Of a stretch of 37,495 bases of DNA, positions 33,990 to 37,495 are shown one piece after another. Source of the stretch: Candidatus Peribacteraceae bacterium (GTDB lineage: Bacteria; Patescibacteriota; Gracilibacteria; Peribacterales; Peribacteraceae); the NCBI GenBank assembly GCA_013140485.1, contig JABFSS010000116.1, forward strand, positions 1 to 37,495, in the 5' to 3' direction. Position 1 is the stretch's first letter. Each line of letters begins with the position of its first letter. A model generated the notes under the pieces. It saw only the letters and a program-made list of their open reading frames with translations. It did no database searches and was not told the origin of the DNA. Position numbers and translations under genes: made by a program.

Positions 33990-34646
33990 ATGAGCAGAGA
34001 GAAATATATTGCATGGATTCGGCCAGCAAAAGGTTATTTGGAGGCAATGAAACTCTGCTGCCAGGAATTATTGGATCCGAAACGGAATCGTCTTGAGAAT
34101 GATCCAACAGCTCCCAAAGGTTGGGAGATGGGTTATTACATTGAGAATCTTATTTCGCCGATTATTTATAACATAAAGCACGGAATTGAGGTTTTCTTAA
34201 AAGGAATACTTTTCCGATTTGGTACTCCCAATGAAAAGTCTCATGATTTAAGAGAACTTTTTGCTTCTGTAAAAAAAATTGTATTAGAAACTGATTGGCA
34301 GCCGATAGATATGGAGTCAGGTCAGAAGGTAATTGATCAGGCAGAAATTGATCGCGTAAAGACTGAGGTACTTAATAAGTTAGAGCCACTCATTGAATAT
34401 TTTTATAACAATCGAATTTTAAGTGAAAAATTGGGAATGAAAGATTTGCCTGATCCAAAAAATGAATTATTCAGATATCCGAACATGAGAGGAGACGCAC
34501 CATTTGATCATATTGGATTTGTAAATAAACTCACTGAGGGCGACATTAAGACAATCTGGGAGAAGATTGATGAAATCCTTCGGCACCTCAATGATATTGG
34601 CTATTTGATTTCTGTTGATGCTCGTTATAAACCAAGAAAATCTTAG
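33990..34646 (+). CDS. Hypothetical protein with HEPN-like helical motifs (AT-rich)
   Basis: YNIKHGIEVFLK, SHDLRELF, DPKNELFRYP. Confidence 0.75.
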   Translation: MSREKYIAWIRPAKGYLEAMKLCCQELLDPKRNRLENDPTAPKGWEMGYYIENLISPIIYNIKHGIEVFLKGILFRFGTPNEKSHDLRELFASVKKIVLETDWQPIDMESGQKVIDQAEIDRVKTEVLNKLEPLIEYFYNNRILSEKLGMKDLPDPKNELFRYPNMRGDAPFDHIGFVNKLTEGDIKTIWEKIDEILRHLNDIGYLISVDARYKPRKS

Positions 34647-34681
34647 TTATTCGAATCACGTTCATGGGCCGGATGCCGAGC

Positions 34682-35716
34682 TCACTCCAAATACAGCTCC
34701 GGGTTCCGTTTGACGCCTTTCACGCGCACTTCGAAGTGGAGGTGAATGCCCGTGGGGCCGTGGACGAGGCCGGTGTTGCCCATTTCAGCGATCAGTTGTC
34801 CGCGCTTTACGACGGCGCCGTTCTCGACGTTGAGTTTCCGGTTATGCGCGTAGAGCGTGACAAGGTCGTTGCCGTGGTCGATCTCGATGACGTTCCCGAA
34901 GCCGCCGTTCCATCCCAGATCCGCCCGAATGACGGTGCCGTCCTCGGCGGCGAAGATCGGTCCGCCGCCGCGCGTCTGGAGGTCAATCGCGTAGTGGCCG
35001 GGGTGGTACTTCTGCGTAAAGAAACAATCCGCGCAGGGCAACTGAAGCAGCGTCTGCGAGAGGATCGCACTGACGGTGGGCGCGACCGCCTTGCCGCCGG
35101 ACGGGAGGGCAATGGGGAGGCGAATATCTTTGGACGGCAGAGCGTCGGCAAATCGGAGCGCCTGGTCGACGGACGCGATGGCCGAATCTCCGGTGACGGG
35201 CTTGCCTCCCGGAATGATGATTTGTTCGCCGGCGACGACGAAGCCGCCCTTGATCCGGTTCTGTCGGACGATGTCGTCGAGAGGAATGTCGTAGAGCTGC
35301 GCGATGCGGGTGAGCGTCTGGCCGCGGCGCACGGTGTGGAGCACGCCGTCGACCGGGAGAATGACGAGTTCTTGGTTTGGCTTGAGCCGCGACGAATCGG
35401 TGAGGCCGTTGGTCCACCGGACCGTCTGCGCCGAGACGCCGTAGCGCGATGCGATCTTCTCGACGGATTCTCCGTCCTTCACGGTGTGAACGAGGCCCTC
35501 GCTGAACGCAAGGCGCGATCCCTGTTCACCGAGGGACGATGTCTTCATCAGGAAGCCTTCCTCAACGAAGAGAAATTGTTGGGTGGGAAATTCCATGTCT
35601 TCCGTGCTTCCCGCGGACGTTTGGGCGTACGGAGGTAACAGGGCGCTTGCAAGAAAAAGGAGTACGAGGAGACCGCGCACGCGCAGAGACAGCCAGCGGA
35701 TGAGGGGGGTGCGCAT
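34682..35716 (-). CDS. LysM + M23 peptidase
   Basis: Two LysM repeats (HTVKDGESVEKIA, HTVRRGQTLTRIA), HYAID, YAH, GNTG..GPTGIHLHFEV. Confidence 0.95.
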   Translation of the reverse strand: MRTPLIRWLSLRVRGLLVLLFLASALLPPYAQTSAGSTEDMEFPTQQFLFVEEGFLMKTSSLGEQGSRLAFSEGLVHTVKDGESVEKIASRYGVSAQTVRWTNGLTDSSRLKPNQELVILPVDGVLHTVRRGQTLTRIAQLYDIPLDDIVRQNRIKGGFVVAGEQIIIPGGKPVTGDSAIASVDQALRFADALPSKDIRLPIALPSGGKAVAPTVSAILSQTLLQLPCADCFFTQKYHPGHYAIDLQTRGGGPIFAAEDGTVIRADLGWNGGFGNVIEIDHGNDLVTLYAHNRKLNVENGAVVKRGQLIAEMGNTGLVHGPTGIHLHFEVRVKGVKRNPELYLE

Positions 35717-35720
35717 CGGA

Positions 35721-36599
35721 TCAGGCGAAGAACGAGCTGAGTACGCGCATCACGGTTCGAAGATCGACGTACCGCTCATTGGAGCCAAGCAGCACGACGA
35801 GGTATTCGCGCTCGCCTTCTTTTATGAGCGTGAAAAGGCACTGCCGCGCGGCGAGCGTCGTGCCGGTTTTTCCCGCAAGAATGGCTCCACCCTTGGCGAG
35901 AAGCGCATGGGTGTGCTCAAGAGTGATACTGTGACCTGCTTTGCTCTTGATGGAGGCATGAGCCGTGGACATCCGGCTGCGAATATCGGGATTGCGCAGC
36001 GCGAACGCGGCGAGCCAGGCGATGTCGCGCGGCGTCGACCATTGCGCGGAATCGTCGAGCCCGCTGGGATTGGCGAAGGATGTGTTCGCGAGACCGAGCA
36101 TTTGGGCCCTAGCGTTCATCTCGGCAACGAATGCCGTATCGGAACCGCTGTGGAACCGCGCGAGCGCGTCGGCTGCGTCGTTGGCGGATGCGATGAGGAG
36201 CGCCGAGAGAAGATCGCCGACGGTGAAGCGCGAACCGGGCGGGAGGCGCACGGTGCTGCCGTCGATCTCGGCGATATCGCTGGGGATCACGACGATTTCA
36301 TTGAGTTCATGCGACTCGGCGATGATGATCGCGGTCATGATCTTGGTGAGACTCCCCACCGACCGGCGGCGGTCCGCGTTGCGCGCGAAGAGTTCTTGGC
36401 CGCTCTGCAAATCGAGAATCGTGACGCCCGACGCGGAGAGCCCTTTGGCAAGGCTGCGACCGGGGAAAAGCTTGCCTGCCGCGATGGCGGGGGGCGACAG
36501 CGGCACGTCGTGAATCGTCAGCGGGTTCGATCCCGCACCCGGGGCCACCGGAAGGAGCCCCATCAGGAAGACCGACAGGAGAAGATGTAAACTTTCCAT
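35721..36599 (-). CDS. D-alanyl-D-alanine carboxypeptidase (peptidase S11)
   Basis: SLTK (SxxK), SAN (SxN), NPSGLD, KTGTT. Confidence 0.93.
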   Translation of the reverse strand: MESLHLLLSVFLMGLLPVAPGAGSNPLTIHDVPLSPPAIAAGKLFPGRSLAKGLSASGVTILDLQSGQELFARNADRRRSVGSLTKIMTAIIIAESHELNEIVVIPSDIAEIDGSTVRLPPGSRFTVGDLLSALLIASANDAADALARFHSGSDTAFVAEMNARAQMLGLANTSFANPSGLDDSAQWSTPRDIAWLAAFALRNPDIRSRMSTAHASIKSKAGHSITLEHTHALLAKGGAILAGKTGTTLAARQCLFTLIKEGEREYLVVLLGSNERYVDLRTVMRVLSSFFA

Positions 36600-36682
36600 C
36601 CGGGGGATTCTAGCAGTCGAACCGCTATGGAGAACCAAAAGCAAGGGTTTTGTCTACCTTCGGACCTTAATGTCCGAACGGC

Positions 36683-37495
36683 CTATTTATACACGACTCT
36701 CCCAATCAGTCTCAGATCTACGTAGCTTTTCACATCCTTCAATTTCACGTTCTCCAGAAACGTCCGGAAGCGCTGCAGTTGGTCTTCGAGAGGAGAGCGG
36801 ACATCGAACCAGAAACTGATCGTTGGACCGTCGAGATGGAACTCGCGCGCGCGGAGGTAGACCGTCCGCGTGCGGATTTGCTGCCCGAACTCGAGCGTGA
36901 GCGCGTCTTCGGCCCGGCGCATGCGGTCGAGAAATTCGGGAGCCAGTAAGGGCATCATAGGAACCGGGCGGGCGCCCCAGTCGACGATGCGAATGACGGG
37001 GAGCGGCTGAGAGAGGGACGTATGCACGGTCGAGACGAGCAGTCCGTTCTCGGAGAGAAAATCCGTGGGGCGCGCCGCGACGATCGCACCCGAGCCCTGC
37101 GTGATCACGCTCCCCGATGACGTATCGGAACCGAGCGGCGGATCGATGACGACGCGCGCGACGAGAGGGACGACCGCGATGCGCACTTCGAGCTTCGAAA
37201 AATAATGCTTGCGCACGGTCACCTCGCTGGCATCGGGCACCACTTCGCGGATGTGCTGTCCGATCTCATTCGCCGAGACGAAGAGCAGGTGGCGCCCGTA
37301 GAACGGCGACAGCACCCGCAACACGGCGGGGAGATCGACGCGGCCTTCGGTGCGGACCACCTGGATTTCGCGCACATGCATGATGGGCGAAAAGAGGAAG
37401 AGGCAGACGACGAAGAGCGCCAGTCCCGCGGCCAGGAACTTCACCCACTGCTTCGCGCGCGCCATCCACTCTTCGAGAGCGCTGCGGAACCGGCG
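36683..37495 (-). CDS. FtsQ/DivIB-like cell division protein (probably 5'-truncated by the window)
   Basis: TM helix followed by a POTRA-like region (FSPIMHVREIQV...VTVRKHYFSKLEVRI) and C-terminal YVDLRL; frame open to the window edge. Confidence 0.7.
   Translation of the reverse strand, partial: RRFRSALEEWMARAKQWVKFLAAGLALFVVCLFLFSPIMHVREIQVVRTEGRVDLPAVLRVLSPFYGRHLLFVSANEIGQHIREVVPDASEVTVRKHYFSKLEVRIAVVPLVARVVIDPPLGSDTSSGSVITQGSGAIVAARPTDFLSENGLLVSTVHTSLSQPLPVIRIVDWGARPVPMMPLLAPEFLDRMRRAEDALTLEFGQQIRTRTVYLRAREFHLDGPTISFWFDVRSPLEDQLQRFRTFLENVKLKDVKSYVDLRLIGRVVYK

Noticed and set aside
34645-34662. attR copy of the tRNA-Asp 3' end (TTCGAATC)
   Set aside because: Only a few bases resemble a T loop and they do not match this tRNA's TTCGAGCCCCGTC
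1-37495. Alternative genetic code 25 (TGA = Gly)
   Set aside because: aguA, aguB, the DHS-like gene, cysS and the M23 gene end at TGA at expected lengths

Overview
Chromosomal window from a GC-rich bacterium using genetic code 11 (TGA is used as stop). The gene content suggests a CPR/Patescibacteria organism, probably Peribacteria/Peregrinibacteria-like; this is inference. Contents in order: the 5' part of rpoB with a Lys-rich N-terminal extension; a 1.8-kaa repeat-rich surface protein; a divergently transcribed polyamine cluster (agmatine deiminase, N-carbamoylputrescine amidase, deoxyhypusine-synthase-like protein, group IV PLP decarboxylase); sod; a FemABX-family gene; a large SLH/S-layer protein with a long structured leader; cysS; a divergent CsrA-like ORF; fbaB; rnpA-yidC; gatCA; an HTH/coiled-coil/membrane-tail protein flanked by CTCCRYGGAG palindromes; a Cys-rich protein cluster opposite a TrmB regulator; tRNA-Asp followed by an AT-rich islet; and cell-wall/division genes (LysM-M23, DacA-like, FtsQ-like). 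Two kinds of small repeat (REP-like hairpins and inverted 7-9-mer arrays) occur throughout, several of them in-frame inside genes. No integrase, transposase, reverse transcriptase or CRISPR array was recognised. All family assignments come from motif recognition by eye, not database searches.
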